This document shows, one piece after another, positions 1 through 8,611 of a DNA stretch of 64,000 nucleotides. The translations under genes were made by a program, and so were the position numbers. This stretch comes from an uncultured Clostridia bacterium (GTDB lineage: Bacteria; Bacillota; Clostridia; Christensenellales; UBA1242): positions 29,136-93,135 of the forward strand of contig CANBAL010000004.1 of assembly GCA_947366545.1 (NCBI GenBank). The letters run 5' to 3'. Below the pieces are notes generated by a model. It made no database searches, was not told the origin of the DNA, and saw only the letters and a program-made list of their open reading frames with translations. How positions within the stretch are numbered: position 1 is the first letter of the stretch; the number at the start of each line of letters is the position of its first letter.

Positions 1-117
1 AGACAGGGTGGGTGAGTGCAACAGAGCGATGAACCTTATATTTAAACTAGGTATTCCGCTTTCACAGGTGGTAAATATAGACAAATTACCAAAATTTCAT
101 CAAAAAAGAGGACAAAA

Positions 118-1086
118 TTGAGCTTTTCACGAGAATCTAAGTTGGAAATATTAGAATGTGAAATTGAAGGCGCAGACGAGAGCCTTGCCTTTTTGTCTGG
201 ACTTTTTCATGCATCGGGGCAGATAACCAAGAATGCAGAGGGACTGCGAGCAGACATTGTCACCGATATTAAAGAAATTTTTGATGTAACAAACAATATC
301 GCAAAAAGGCTTTATGGCGGGGAACTCAAAATTGAAATAAGCGACGACTATATTATAAATAAAACGGCTTATTACCGAATAATGTTTCCTTACTACGTAT
401 CTACCCGAGTGCTTCAAGATTGCGGACTTCTCCGTGTGGGGCAGGAGGGGCTTGAACTTATTTATAATATTGACCAAAATATCGTTGCTGACGAGGAAAC
501 AAAGCGAGCCTTTATTAAGGGAGCGTATGTAGGCTGCTCAACCTCAAGTATAAAATTTAGTGAACTTGGCTCACAAAACAACACTACTGGTTACCATATG
601 GAATTCGCATCGCACAACAAACTTTTCCTTGAAGATTTAAAAGACCTTTTAAGTCAATTTAACATTGCTGCCAAGTTGTTTGAAAGAAAAAGCATATTTG
701 TGCTTTATCTTAAAGATAGTGAAACCATAAAGGACTTGCTTGCCCTTGTGGGAGCGGGTGAAAGTGTAATGAACCTTGCAAACGAAATGGCAACGCGGGG
801 GTTACGCAATACAGTAAACAGGCAGGTAAACTGCATAAATGCAAACATCAACAAAACGGTGGAGGCAAGTCTTCGTCAAATAGAGGCCATCAAATATATT
901 GATAAGAAAATCGGGCTTGAAAGTTTGCCAGAGGACCTTCAAGATGTGGCGGTACTACGCCTTGCAAACCAACAGGAAAGTATGGAGGAACTTCTTGCCC
1001 TCTCGACTATAAAACTTACCAAAAGTGGACTAAACCACAGATTTAGAAGGCTTATAAAAATTGCCGATACCTTAAAAAAAGATTAA
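118..1086 (+). CDS. whiA: Sporulation/cell-division transcription regulator WhiA
   Basis: 322-aa ORF with a TTG start. It has the WhiA-like architecture: a degenerate LAGLIDADG-type middle region and a C-terminal HTH segment (LTKSGLNHRFRRL). Confidence 0.8.
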   Translation: MSFSRESKLEILECEIEGADESLAFLSGLFHASGQITKNAEGLRADIVTDIKEIFDVTNNIAKRLYGGELKIEISDDYIINKTAYYRIMFPYYVSTRVLQDCGLLRVGQEGLELIYNIDQNIVADEETKRAFIKGAYVGCSTSSIKFSELGSQNNTTGYHMEFASHNKLFLEDLKDLLSQFNIAAKLFERKSIFVLYLKDSETIKDLLALVGAGESVMNLANEMATRGLRNTVNRQVNCINANINKTVEASLRQIEAIKYIDKKIGLESLPEDLQDVAVLRLANQQESMEELLALSTIKLTKSGLNHRFRRLIKIADTLKKD

Positions 1087-1100
1087 CCTAAGGAGAAATA

Positions 1101-4100
1101 ATGAAAGAGTTCGTACATTTGCATGTTCATACAGAGTTCAGTCTACTAGATGGACTTGCCCGTATTAAACCACTTATTAAGAAAGTTAAAGAACGCGGTT
1201 GGAAAGCAATCGCTATCACTGACCACGGCAATATGTATGGAACTATGAGATTTTTTGAGGCCTGTGTAACCAGTGGCATTAAGCCAATACTTGGCGAGGA
1301 GTTTTATATTTGCCATGATATGCACTCTCGTTCCAACAAGGGGGATACGGGGCACCTTATTCTTCTTGCTAAAAATAATACTGGTTACAAAAACTTGTTA
1401 AAATTAAGTTCATTGGCTTTTATTGAGGGAATGTATTACAAACCTAGAATTGACTATAATTTACTGGAAAAATATAGTGAGGGAATAATCTGTCTTTCGG
1501 CCTGTCTTGCGGGGCATATTCCTCAAGCAATTTTAAGGCATGACTATGATGAGGCTGAGAAAAAAGCACTTTGGTTTAAGCGGGTGTTTGGCGATGACTT
1601 CTATCTTGAAATACAGGATCACGGATTGGCTGAGCAGAAAGAGGTGCTTGTAAAGCTTACCGAAATGTCCAAAAAACTTGGCATTAAACTGGTGGCGACA
1701 AACGATGTGCATTATCTTAACAAGGAGGATGCAGAGCTTCAAGACATCTTGATGTGCGTGCAAATGGGAAAAACAATAGATGACCCTGACAGAATGAAAT
1801 TTGAAACTCAGGAGTTTTACCTTAAAACTTATGAAGAGATGCTGGAAGCACTGCCAGGGTATGAAGAGGCACTTGACATTACCAACGAAATTGCTGACAA
1901 ATGTAATATCTCTATAAAAACAAAATCTTTGAGAGAAGCATTTGAAGCGGGAAATTCACTTGTACCAGAAGAAGACCGACTTGGTGCCACAGAAAACTTT
2001 ATTCCCGCCTATGTTCCAGATACGGGTGAAACCACTTTTGAATATCTTTCGCGTATGGCGTGGGAGGGGCTTTATCGTAATTACAAAGTGGTGCCCGATG
2101 AGTACAAAGAAAGACTTCAAATGGAGCTTGATGTCATAAATCGTTTAGGCTATGTTGAATACTTCCTTATTGTTTGGGATTATATCAATTTTGCAAGGCA
2201 AAACGATATTTCAGTAGGCCCTGGGCGTGGCTCGGGGGCGGGCAGTTTGGTGGCATATACCACTGGAATTACGCAGGTTGACCCTATGAAATATGACCTT
2301 TACTTTGACCGATTTATTAATCCTGAGCGTGTATCTATGCCCGACTTCGATGTTGACTTTTGTAGGGACAGGCGTGGCGAGGTTATTGATTATGCTAAGC
2401 GTCGTTATGGCGAAGACCATGTTTCTAACATTGTTACTTTTGGAAATATGCAAGCGAAAAATGCAATTCGAGATGTTGCGAGAGTGCTTCGATACCCTCT
2501 TGCGGAGGTTGACAAGATTACCAAAGAAATCCCTGCCAAGGCACCTAAAAAACCGCCAGTGCTGGGGGCATATTTTGGTACCACCGGTAAGGAAGAAGAT
2601 AAACAGTATATGATTCAAGAGCTTCGTCAAATGTATGACGAAGATGAAATGGTCAAAAAGATAGTAGACATGGCAATAAAACTTGAAGGCGTGCCAAGAA
2701 ATGTGTCTATGCATGCAGCGGGGGTGTTGATTGCACCAGAGCCAGTTGATACCTTCGTTCCTATGGCTAAAAGCGGGGAAGATATTGTAACGCAATTCGA
2801 TATGACAGAACTTGAACACCTTGGACTTCTTAAGATGGACTTCCTTGGACTTCAAACTTTGGATGATATTCACAAGGCAATACAATATGTTAAAGAAGAC
2901 CATAATGTTGTCATAGACTTCACACAGATGGATTATGATGACCCTGCGGTGTTTGAACTTATCAGTTCGGGCAATACGGAAGCTGTGTTCCAGCTTGAAA
3001 GTGGGGGGATGAAAGGCTTTATGAAAGAGCTGCAACCAACCTGCCTTGAAGATATTATTGCGGGAATTTCACTTTATCGACCTGGGCCTATGGACTTTAT
3101 ACCTAAGTTTATTAAAGGTAAGAAAGACCCTGAGCATGTGGAATATGAGGATCCTTGCCTTGAACCAATCCTAAGTACAACCTATGGATGTATTGTTTAT
3201 CAAGAGCAGGTTATGAAAATCTTCCAGGTGATGGGAGGGTTTAGTCTTGGTGGTGCGGACATTGTGCGCCGTATTATGAGTAAGAAAAAACCAGAGTTGT
3301 TGCCACCAGAAGAGGACAAATTTATTAATGGTTGGGTTGATCCTGAAGGTAAGAAGAATCCAATCTTAGGTGCGATTAAACTTGGACATGATAAGGATGT
3401 CGCAAAGAGAGTCTTCGATCAAATGGCTAAGTTTGCGGGCTATGCCTTCAATAAATCCCATGCTGCCGCTTATGCTTATGTCGCTTACCAAACGGGCTAC
3501 CTTAAAGCACACTATGAGGTTGAGTACTTAACCGCAGTGCTTAATACAAGAATTTCTAACGCAGATTTGGTGAAAAAATACACAAATTACGCTAGAAAAG
3601 AGGGCTTTGAAGTATATCCACCAGATATTAACCGCAGCCGTACAGAGTTTAGAGTGGAAAACGGAAACATCCGCTTTGGTATCGGTGCATTAAAGCATGT
3701 AGGCACGGGAGTGGTAGACGCAATCATCAAAGAGCGAGAAGAGAATGGTGAGTACAAGAGTTTTGAAGATTTTGTAGCCCGAAATGTTGGTATTGTCAAC
3801 AAACGACTTGTTGAGAGCTTGATTTTAAGCGGGACTTTTGATAGCTTTGGTTATACAAGAAGTCAATTAATGTCGGTCTATGAAGTGGTTATGGACCGTG
3901 CAAACCACGACAAGAAAAATAGGGCGACAGGGCAATTTTCAATGTTTGAAAGTTTTGAAGAGGTGGCCCAGACAGTGAACGCTGTTGAATATCCTAACAT
4001 AAAAGAGTTTAACAAGGAAACCATTCTTAAAAATGAGAAGGAGTATGTAGGAATTTATTTGTCAGGCCATCCACTCGATGACTATTTAAGCAAATATGAC

Positions 4101-4697
4101 GATTTCAACTTTACATCAGACATGATTGCTCAAGAAGACAGCGGTGACGAAATGATGGATGAAGAAAATCCAGAGGAAGTCAGCATGGAATTTGAGCAGG
4201 TGCATGACGGAGACAGAGTTGTTTGCGGTGGAGTTATAAACGCCATTAAAAAACTCCAAACCAAATCGGGAAGCATGGCTTTCGTTACGGTGGAAGATAT
4301 ATATGGCACATTCGATGTTATGTTATTTCCTAAACTTTACACAAAGTACAAGGAAATTATTGTCGAGGACAATCTAATCACTGTAAGAGGAAGGGTGTCA
4401 TTAAGACCTGGGAAATCGCCTTGTATTGTTGCCGAATCAATCACTCCTTGGGTGAAGGTGGAGGACGCTAAGGCAAGGGGAGTTAGAAAGGTTTACCTTC
4501 GTTTTGACACAAAAGACATTGATGTTTATGACAGGGTGAAAAAAATACTTTCCTCTTATCCTGGGGAGAGTGAGGTGATCTGTAAATGTACTTCCTCAAA
4601 CAAGGCCTTTGCTATTCACATTAATGTTGACATCAACAACTATCTTGAAAACGAACTTTGTGGTCTGCTTGGTGACCAAAATGTTATAATAAAATAA
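1101..4697 (+). CDS. dnaE: DNA polymerase III alpha subunit (DnaE type)
   Basis: 1198 aa with an RBS (AAGGAG) 7 nt upstream. It has the N-terminal PHP motif HLHVHTEFSLLDG, a polymerase core (GPGRGSGAGSLVAY, PDFDVDF) and a C-terminal OB region. Confidence 0.95.
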   Translation: MKEFVHLHVHTEFSLLDGLARIKPLIKKVKERGWKAIAITDHGNMYGTMRFFEACVTSGIKPILGEEFYICHDMHSRSNKGDTGHLILLAKNNTGYKNLLKLSSLAFIEGMYYKPRIDYNLLEKYSEGIICLSACLAGHIPQAILRHDYDEAEKKALWFKRVFGDDFYLEIQDHGLAEQKEVLVKLTEMSKKLGIKLVATNDVHYLNKEDAELQDILMCVQMGKTIDDPDRMKFETQEFYLKTYEEMLEALPGYEEALDITNEIADKCNISIKTKSLREAFEAGNSLVPEEDRLGATENFIPAYVPDTGETTFEYLSRMAWEGLYRNYKVVPDEYKERLQMELDVINRLGYVEYFLIVWDYINFARQNDISVGPGRGSGAGSLVAYTTGITQVDPMKYDLYFDRFINPERVSMPDFDVDFCRDRRGEVIDYAKRRYGEDHVSNIVTFGNMQAKNAIRDVARVLRYPLAEVDKITKEIPAKAPKKPPVLGAYFGTTGKEEDKQYMIQELRQMYDEDEMVKKIVDMAIKLEGVPRNVSMHAAGVLIAPEPVDTFVPMAKSGEDIVTQFDMTELEHLGLLKMDFLGLQTLDDIHKAIQYVKEDHNVVIDFTQMDYDDPAVFELISSGNTEAVFQLESGGMKGFMKELQPTCLEDIIAGISLYRPGPMDFIPKFIKGKKDPEHVEYEDPCLEPILSTTYGCIVYQEQVMKIFQVMGGFSLGGADIVRRIMSKKKPELLPPEEDKFINGWVDPEGKKNPILGAIKLGHDKDVAKRVFDQMAKFAGYAFNKSHAAAYAYVAYQTGYLKAHYEVEYLTAVLNTRISNADLVKKYTNYARKEGFEVYPPDINRSRTEFRVENGNIRFGIGALKHVGTGVVDAIIKEREENGEYKSFEDFVARNVGIVNKRLVESLILSGTFDSFGYTRSQLMSVYEVVMDRANHDKKNRATGQFSMFESFEEVAQTVNAVEYPNIKEFNKETILKNEKEYVGIYLSGHPLDDYLSKYDDFNFTSDMIAQEDSGDEMMDEENPEEVSMEFEQVHDGDRVVCGGVINAIKKLQTKSGSMAFVTVEDIYGTFDVMLFPKLYTKYKEIIVEDNLITVRGRVSLRPGKSPCIVAESITPWVKVEDAKARGVRKVYLRFDTKDIDVYDRVKKILSSYPGESEVICKCTSSNKAFAIHINVDINNYLENELCGLLGDQNVIIK

Positions 4698-4741
4698 TTG
4701 AAGATTAATATGCCAAAATGTAAATAATTTTGTTAATTTTC

Positions 4742-4770
4742 TTGACAAATATGGTCGGCTATGGTAAACT
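4742..4770 (+). promoter_or_regulatory. Sigma-A type promoter of the tRNA cluster
   Basis: TTGACA (4742-4747), a 17-nt spacer ending in TGg, then TAAACT (4765-4770). It sits about 18 nt upstream of the first tRNA. Confidence 0.5.
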
Positions 4771-4787
4771 TGCCATAGTCGATGCGT

Positions 4788-4861
4788 GCGGGTGTAGTTC
4801 AGTGGTAGAACACTAGCCTTCCAAGCTGGTTGCGAGGGTCCGATTCCCTTCACCCGCTCCA
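4788..4861 (+). tRNA. tRNA-Gly (anticodon TCC)
   Basis: Hand-folded cloverleaf. The acceptor pairs GCGGGTG with CACCCGC, the anticodon loop is CTTCCAA, the T-loop is present and CCA is encoded. Confidence 0.9.
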
Positions 4862-4864
4862 CGA

Positions 4865-4941
<77 letters not shown>

Positions 4942-4945
4942 ATAT

Positions 4946-5022
4946 GGTGGTCGTAGTTCAGTTGGTAGAACGCCAGATTGTGGCTCTGGAGGTCAAGAGT
5001 TCGATCCTCTTCGATCACCCCA
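4946..5022 (+). tRNA. tRNA-His (anticodon GTG) with encoded G-1
   Basis: The extra 5' G (4946) lies opposite discriminator C. The acceptor pairs GTGGTCG with CGATCAC, the anticodon loop is TTGTGGC and CCA is encoded. Confidence 0.9.
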
Positions 5023-5052
5023 TATTATTTTTAGCGTGGATTCCCATTGTGA

Positions 5053-5128
5053 TGGGGTGTCGCCAAGCGGTAAGGCATTGGACTCTGACTCCAACATTGC
5101 GTAGGTTCGAATCCTACCACCCCAGCCA
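5053..5128 (+). tRNA. tRNA-Gln (anticodon CTG)
   Basis: The acceptor pairs TGGGGTG with CACCCCA, the anticodon stem-loop is TTGGA-CTCTGAC-TCCAA and CCA is encoded. Confidence 0.9.
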
Positions 5129-5208
5129 AGCGAAAAACTGCGTTTGGGCGGGCTTACCTTTGGCAAGACACAACCTTGTAAAAATTCAATAATAGCACCT
5201 CAGCATAT

Positions 5209-5284
5209 GGCCTACTAGCTCAGTTGGTAGAGCACTTGACTTTTAATCAAGGGGTCCCGGGTTCGAGCCCCGGGTAGACCACCA
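5209..5284 (+). tRNA. tRNA-Lys (anticodon TTT)
   Basis: The D-arm is GCTCAGTTGGTAGAGC, the anticodon stem-loop is CTTGA-CTTTTAA-TCAAG and the T-arm is CCGGG-TTCGAGC-CCCGG. The acceptor GGCCTAC/GTAGACC carries a C3-A70 mismatch. Confidence 0.8.
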
Positions 5285-5359
5285 TGGGGTGTCGCCAAGC
5301 GGTAAGGCACAAGATTTTGATTCTTGCATGCGTAGGTTCAAATCCTGCCACCCCAGCCA
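5285..5359 (+). tRNA. tRNA-Gln (anticodon TTG)
   Basis: The acceptor and D-arm match the first tRNA-Gln. The anticodon stem-loop is CAAGA-TTTTGAT-TCTTG and CCA is encoded. It starts at the base right after the CCA of tRNA-Lys. Confidence 0.9.
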
Positions 5360-5365
5360 CATAAA

Positions 5366-5393
5366 AACGACGATGATTTTATCGTCTTTTTTA
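5366..5393 (+). terminator. Intrinsic terminator after the tRNA cluster
   Basis: Hairpin GACGAT (5369-5374) / ATCGTC (5381-5386) followed by a T-run (5387-5392). Confidence 0.6.
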
Positions 5394-5429
5394 TTTTGTT
5401 ATAAAAGAAATTTATTATATAATAAACGC

Positions 5430-5978
5430 ATGGAACTAACTTTTGAAGATTTTGTACAAATGGAAGAAATAGATAAACAGTACTTCCCTAAGGAAAATAT
5501 TGCACCAGCAAGGGAGTCATTTAAATGGTATTTGGCAGACCCTAATTCTTGTGTTGTGGTAAGAGATAGGGGAAAAGTTGTTGCTTATATAAATATACTT
5601 TCTCTTAAAAAAGATATTTATGACAAGGTGAAATACAACAAGATAAATGAAAGTCAAATTGTAATGGAAGATTTGGAACTTTCTAGTGAAAAATATTATA
5701 ATTATCTATATTTTCCTGTTATTGTGGTGGACAAAAAATATAGAAACTTAAAAACGCTTATGATATTGTTAGAGGCTACTAAAGAAAAAATAGGCCAAGT
5801 GCTAGAAAAGGGTTTTGAAATAAAAGAAGTGATGGTGGACTGCTCCACAAAAGAGGGAACAAAAATATCACAAAGAATTTTAAAATTTAAACCGTTTATG
5901 CCAACCTCGCATAATTCGGTTATACATATCTTAGATGGTAAAAGTTTTATAGAAAATTTGAAATTGGAGAAATTATAA
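5430..5978 (+). CDS. Hypothetical protein, possibly GNAT-fold acetyltransferase
   Basis: The listed ORF 5289-5978 begins inside tRNA-Gln and the terminator. The first ATG after the terminator is 5430 (MELTFEDF...). The segment VIVVDKKYRNLKTLMILLEA weakly resembles GNAT motif A but lacks its glycines. Confidence 0.5.
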   Translation: MELTFEDFVQMEEIDKQYFPKENIAPARESFKWYLADPNSCVVVRDRGKVVAYINILSLKKDIYDKVKYNKINESQIVMEDLELSSEKYYNYLYFPVIVVDKKYRNLKTLMILLEATKEKIGQVLEKGFEIKEVMVDCSTKEGTKISQRILKFKPFMPTSHNSVIHILDGKSFIENLKLEKL

Positions 5979-6894
5979 TGGATTTTAACAAAATATTAGA
6001 AAATAAGGAAAATACATTTAATTCAAAGGGCGAAAATGTGCATATTGACAGCCTTATGATTTATGACAACGGACAGCATTTTGAACATTTTTTTAAACCA
6101 GATGGTTTACACGAAATGAGAAGTATCAGCAAGCTTTTTATAGCCCTTGCTTACGGAATTGCCATAGATAGAGGGATGATTTCTCTTGATGAAAAGGTTT
6201 ATCCGCTTTTAAAAGATTTGGTGGACATTGCTACAAAGGGAAATCTTGAAAAGATAAAGGAGTGGAAGATTAAACATCTTTTAACTTATACTTGTGGCTA
6301 TGCAGAACAGATGTTTTCTGAAAAATTTATCAAAAATGTAAAAGACAACAATCATTTGAATTATGTTTTAAATTACCCTATAACTATGCGGGGGGGGAGA
6401 AGTATACTTACAATAATGCTGATATCTTTTTGCTTTCCGTATACTTTCAAGAAAAGTTTAATGAGAATATCAAAGACTTTATAGTTGGAGAAATCTTTAA
6501 ACCTTTAGGAATAGAGGAATATATTTGGGAAAATTATGGAAAATATTGTCCTGCTGGCACGGGACTATATATTTCACACCATGACCTCTTTAAGGTTGGA
6601 CTTTTAATTTTAAATAAGGGAAATTATGAAGGGCAACAATTAATTTCTAAAAAATATGTTGAAAAGATGTGCTCATGTAGACTAAAAACGCCTTACGCAG
6701 TTAAGCCAGCAAGAGTGTTGCCAAAGGAAGGCGTTGGTTATGTAATGCATATTTCACGAGATGGATACTCATTTAAAGATGGAACAAATGGGCAGTATTT
6801 AATTGTGAATTTCAAGAAAAAACAACTTATCACAATACTTGCAAGCGAAAGTGAAATGAGTTATGTGACCGAAATTTTAAGAGGCGAGATTTAA
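5978..6894 (+). pseudogene. Beta-lactamase-family serine hydrolase, interrupted by a frameshift in a G8 tract
   Basis: ORFs 5978-6484 and 6430-6894 are two halves of one protein. The SxxK motif (SISK) is in the first half. Just after the tract, in the second frame, come GEKYTYNNADIFLL (YxN motif). Adding one G to the run at 6390-6397 joins the frames. Confidence 0.75.
6390..6397 (+). repeat. G8 homopolymer tract inside the serine hydrolase gene
   Basis: The sequence reads directly as atgc-GGGGGGGG-agaag, and this is the frameshift point. Confidence 0.95.
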
Positions 6895-6910
6895 ATTTAT
6901 TGAAAAAACC

Positions 6911-6939
6911 TTTACTTTTTTAGAAAACAATGATAGAAT
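6911..6939 (+). promoter_or_regulatory. Sigma-A promoter (extended -10) of the S-box/metK unit
   Basis: TTTACT (6911-6916), a 17-nt spacer ending in TGa, then TAGAAT (6934-6939). The predicted start falls at the 5' edge of the riboswitch P1 helix. Confidence 0.5.
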
Positions 6940-6943
6940 ATAA

Positions 6944-7068
6944 CTATCCATAAAGAGTGTGCGAGGGACAGCCCCATTGACCACACAGCAACCTGTCAGG
7001 GTTTTCAAAAAATTTATTTTTAAATTTTGGGGAAGAGATAAGGTGCTAAAGGCTGAATGATGGGTGGA
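6944..7068 (+). promoter_or_regulatory. SAM (S-box, SAM-I-like) riboswitch aptamer
   Basis: The conserved core elements appear in order: AAAGAG, GAGGGAC, GCCCC, TTGA, GCAACC and GGTGCTAAA. P1 pairs ATCCAT (6946-6951) with ATGGGT (7060-7065). The element sits directly upstream of metK. Confidence 0.75.
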
Positions 7069-7085
7069 TTTGATTGCTAAATTTT

Positions 7086-7110
7086 ACCCATCGATTTCGA
7101 TGGGTTTTTC
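7086..7110 (+). terminator. Riboswitch-controlled intrinsic terminator
   Basis: Hairpin CCCATCG (7087-7093) / CGATGGG (7098-7104) followed by TTTTT. The 5' arm can instead pair with GATGGGT at 7059-7065, which is the P1 3' strand, forming an antiterminator. Confidence 0.75.
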
Positions 7111-7153
7111 TTTGCTCTCTTTATGGAAATTTATTTTTATAGGAGAGGAAAAA

Positions 7154-8239
7154 ATGAAAAAATTTATTACATGTGAGTCGGTGGGAATTGGGCACCCAGA
7201 TAAAACCTGCGACTATTTAGCAGACGCATTTTTGGATGAGGCGTTAAAGAGTGACCCACAAAGCCAAATGGCTGTGGAGTGTGCCATAAAAAATGACAAA
7301 CTTTTTATCTATGGTGAGGCCACAACTAAGGCAAAGATAGACTACGAAAAAATTGCCAGAGAGGTCTTAAAAGACATAGGCTATACAAACACTTTTAAGA
7401 TAATTAAAGAAATAAGTGAGCAAAGTCCTGATATTAGGCAGGCTGTGGTGAAGAGCAATTTATGTGCCAATGATCAAGGTATGGTGTACGGCTATGCCAC
7501 AAATGAAACGCCGGAGTTTATGCCGTTGCCACTTGTTATTGCACACAAGATTATGAGGAGATATGAGGATTTTCGCAAGGAAAGTGATAAGTTTTATGCA
7601 GATGCAAAATGTCAAGTGACGGCGGTGTATGAAGATGATAAACCTATAGAGATAGACACCGTACTTATAAGCGTATCACATAGTAGTGAGGTGAATTATG
7701 GCGATATTTTGCGAGAGATAAAAGAAAAGGTATTGAATGGCGCGCTTAGTGATTATAAAAATTTAATAACACAAAACACCAAGTATTTGATTAATCCAAG
7801 TGGAAAATTTACCATTTGGGGAAGTTTTGGTGACAGTGGTTGCGTAGGGCGTAAAATTGTTGTTGATACCTATGGCGGTGTAGGGCGTGTAGGCGGCGGA
7901 TGTTTCAGTTCTAAAAACGCGACAAAGGTGGACAGGTCTGGTGCTTATTACGCAAGATATGTTGCAAAAAATATAGTAGCACATGGCTTTTGTGACAGGT
8001 GTGAGGTGTGCATTTCTTATGCTATTGGACTAGAAAAGCCTATTGCAATTAATATTGAGTGTTTTGGCACAAACAAGGCTACACAGGAGACTATTCAAGA
8101 ATATGTAGACAAAAACTTTGATTTTACATTGGAGAATATGATAAGAGAACTAGATTTATTAAAGCCGATATACAAGGCGACTGCTTGCTATGGACATTTT
8201 GGCAGAAAAGAATTTAGTTGGGAGAGAATAAAAGATTAG
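7154..8239 (+). CDS. metK: S-adenosylmethionine synthetase
   Basis: The real start is the ATG at 7154, after the RBS AGGAGAGG. The listed 7064 start lies inside the riboswitch. Motifs include ESVGIGHPDK, GDSG and the GGGCFSSKNATKVDRSGAY loop. Confidence 0.9.
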   Translation: MKKFITCESVGIGHPDKTCDYLADAFLDEALKSDPQSQMAVECAIKNDKLFIYGEATTKAKIDYEKIAREVLKDIGYTNTFKIIKEISEQSPDIRQAVVKSNLCANDQGMVYGYATNETPEFMPLPLVIAHKIMRRYEDFRKESDKFYADAKCQVTAVYEDDKPIEIDTVLISVSHSSEVNYGDILREIKEKVLNGALSDYKNLITQNTKYLINPSGKFTIWGSFGDSGCVGRKIVVDTYGGVGRVGGGCFSSKNATKVDRSGAYYARYVAKNIVAHGFCDRCEVCISYAIGLEKPIAINIECFGTNKATQETIQEYVDKNFDFTLENMIRELDLLKPIYKATACYGHFGRKEFSWERIKD

Positions 8240-8344
8240 TGCGTAATATCAATAATTAAGGCCATAATTTTATAAATTTCTACTTTACATTTATGAATTT
8301 TTGTGATATAATTCGTTAGAAATTAAAAATTGAGGTGAAGTGTT

Positions 8345-8542
8345 ATGATGATTGAACCATCTATTGATGTACTTGTAAGCAAAACTGGCGGTAACAGATA
8401 TGTGCTTTGCAGCGTGGTTTCTAAGCGCGCAAAGGAAATTGAAAGCGTAAGAAGGCTTGAACTTGCTGACCAAGATAAAAAAGCAATCAGTATTGCTTGT
8501 GAAGAGATTGCTGAAGGTAAAGTAAAACCAAGTGCTTTTTAA
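8345..8542 (+). CDS. rpoZ: RNA polymerase omega subunit
   Basis: 65 aa. The N-terminus IEPSIDVLVSKTGGNRYVLCSVVSKRAKEI is typical of RpoZ. Confidence 0.8.
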   Translation: MMIEPSIDVLVSKTGGNRYVLCSVVSKRAKEIESVRRLELADQDKKAISIACEEIAEGKVKPSAF

Positions 8543-8611
8543 TGACAAAAGTAAAATAATGTGGTAAAATCTATTGTGTAAGCAATAGATTTTTTGTTTA
8601 AAGGAGGGAGG

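Noticed and set aside
2211-3035. A 274-aa ORF antisense to dnaE. Similar long antisense ORFs occur at 13203-13796, 32520-33026, 42630-43235, 47207-47917 and 57609-58109.
   Set aside because: Each lies entirely inside a confidently identified gene on the opposite strand. Each has odd composition (Cys/His/Phe-rich or low-complexity Ser-rich), no RBS and no recognisable motif. They are typical shadow ORFs.
5129-5208. An 80-nt gap between tRNA-Gln and tRNA-Lys that might hide a degenerate tRNA.
   Set aside because: I could not fold a cloverleaf. There is no T-loop (GTTCGA-type) or D-loop signature.
7064-7153. N-terminal extensions suggested by the ORF track: metK 7064, spoVE 27586, rpmB 46205, dnaJ 59364, SDR 62429, the orphan at 37573, the membrane protein at 16572 and sleB 18014.
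   Set aside because: In every case an internal start with a proper RBS matches the conserved N-terminus of the family. The extension overlaps a riboswitch, a promoter or the upstream gene.
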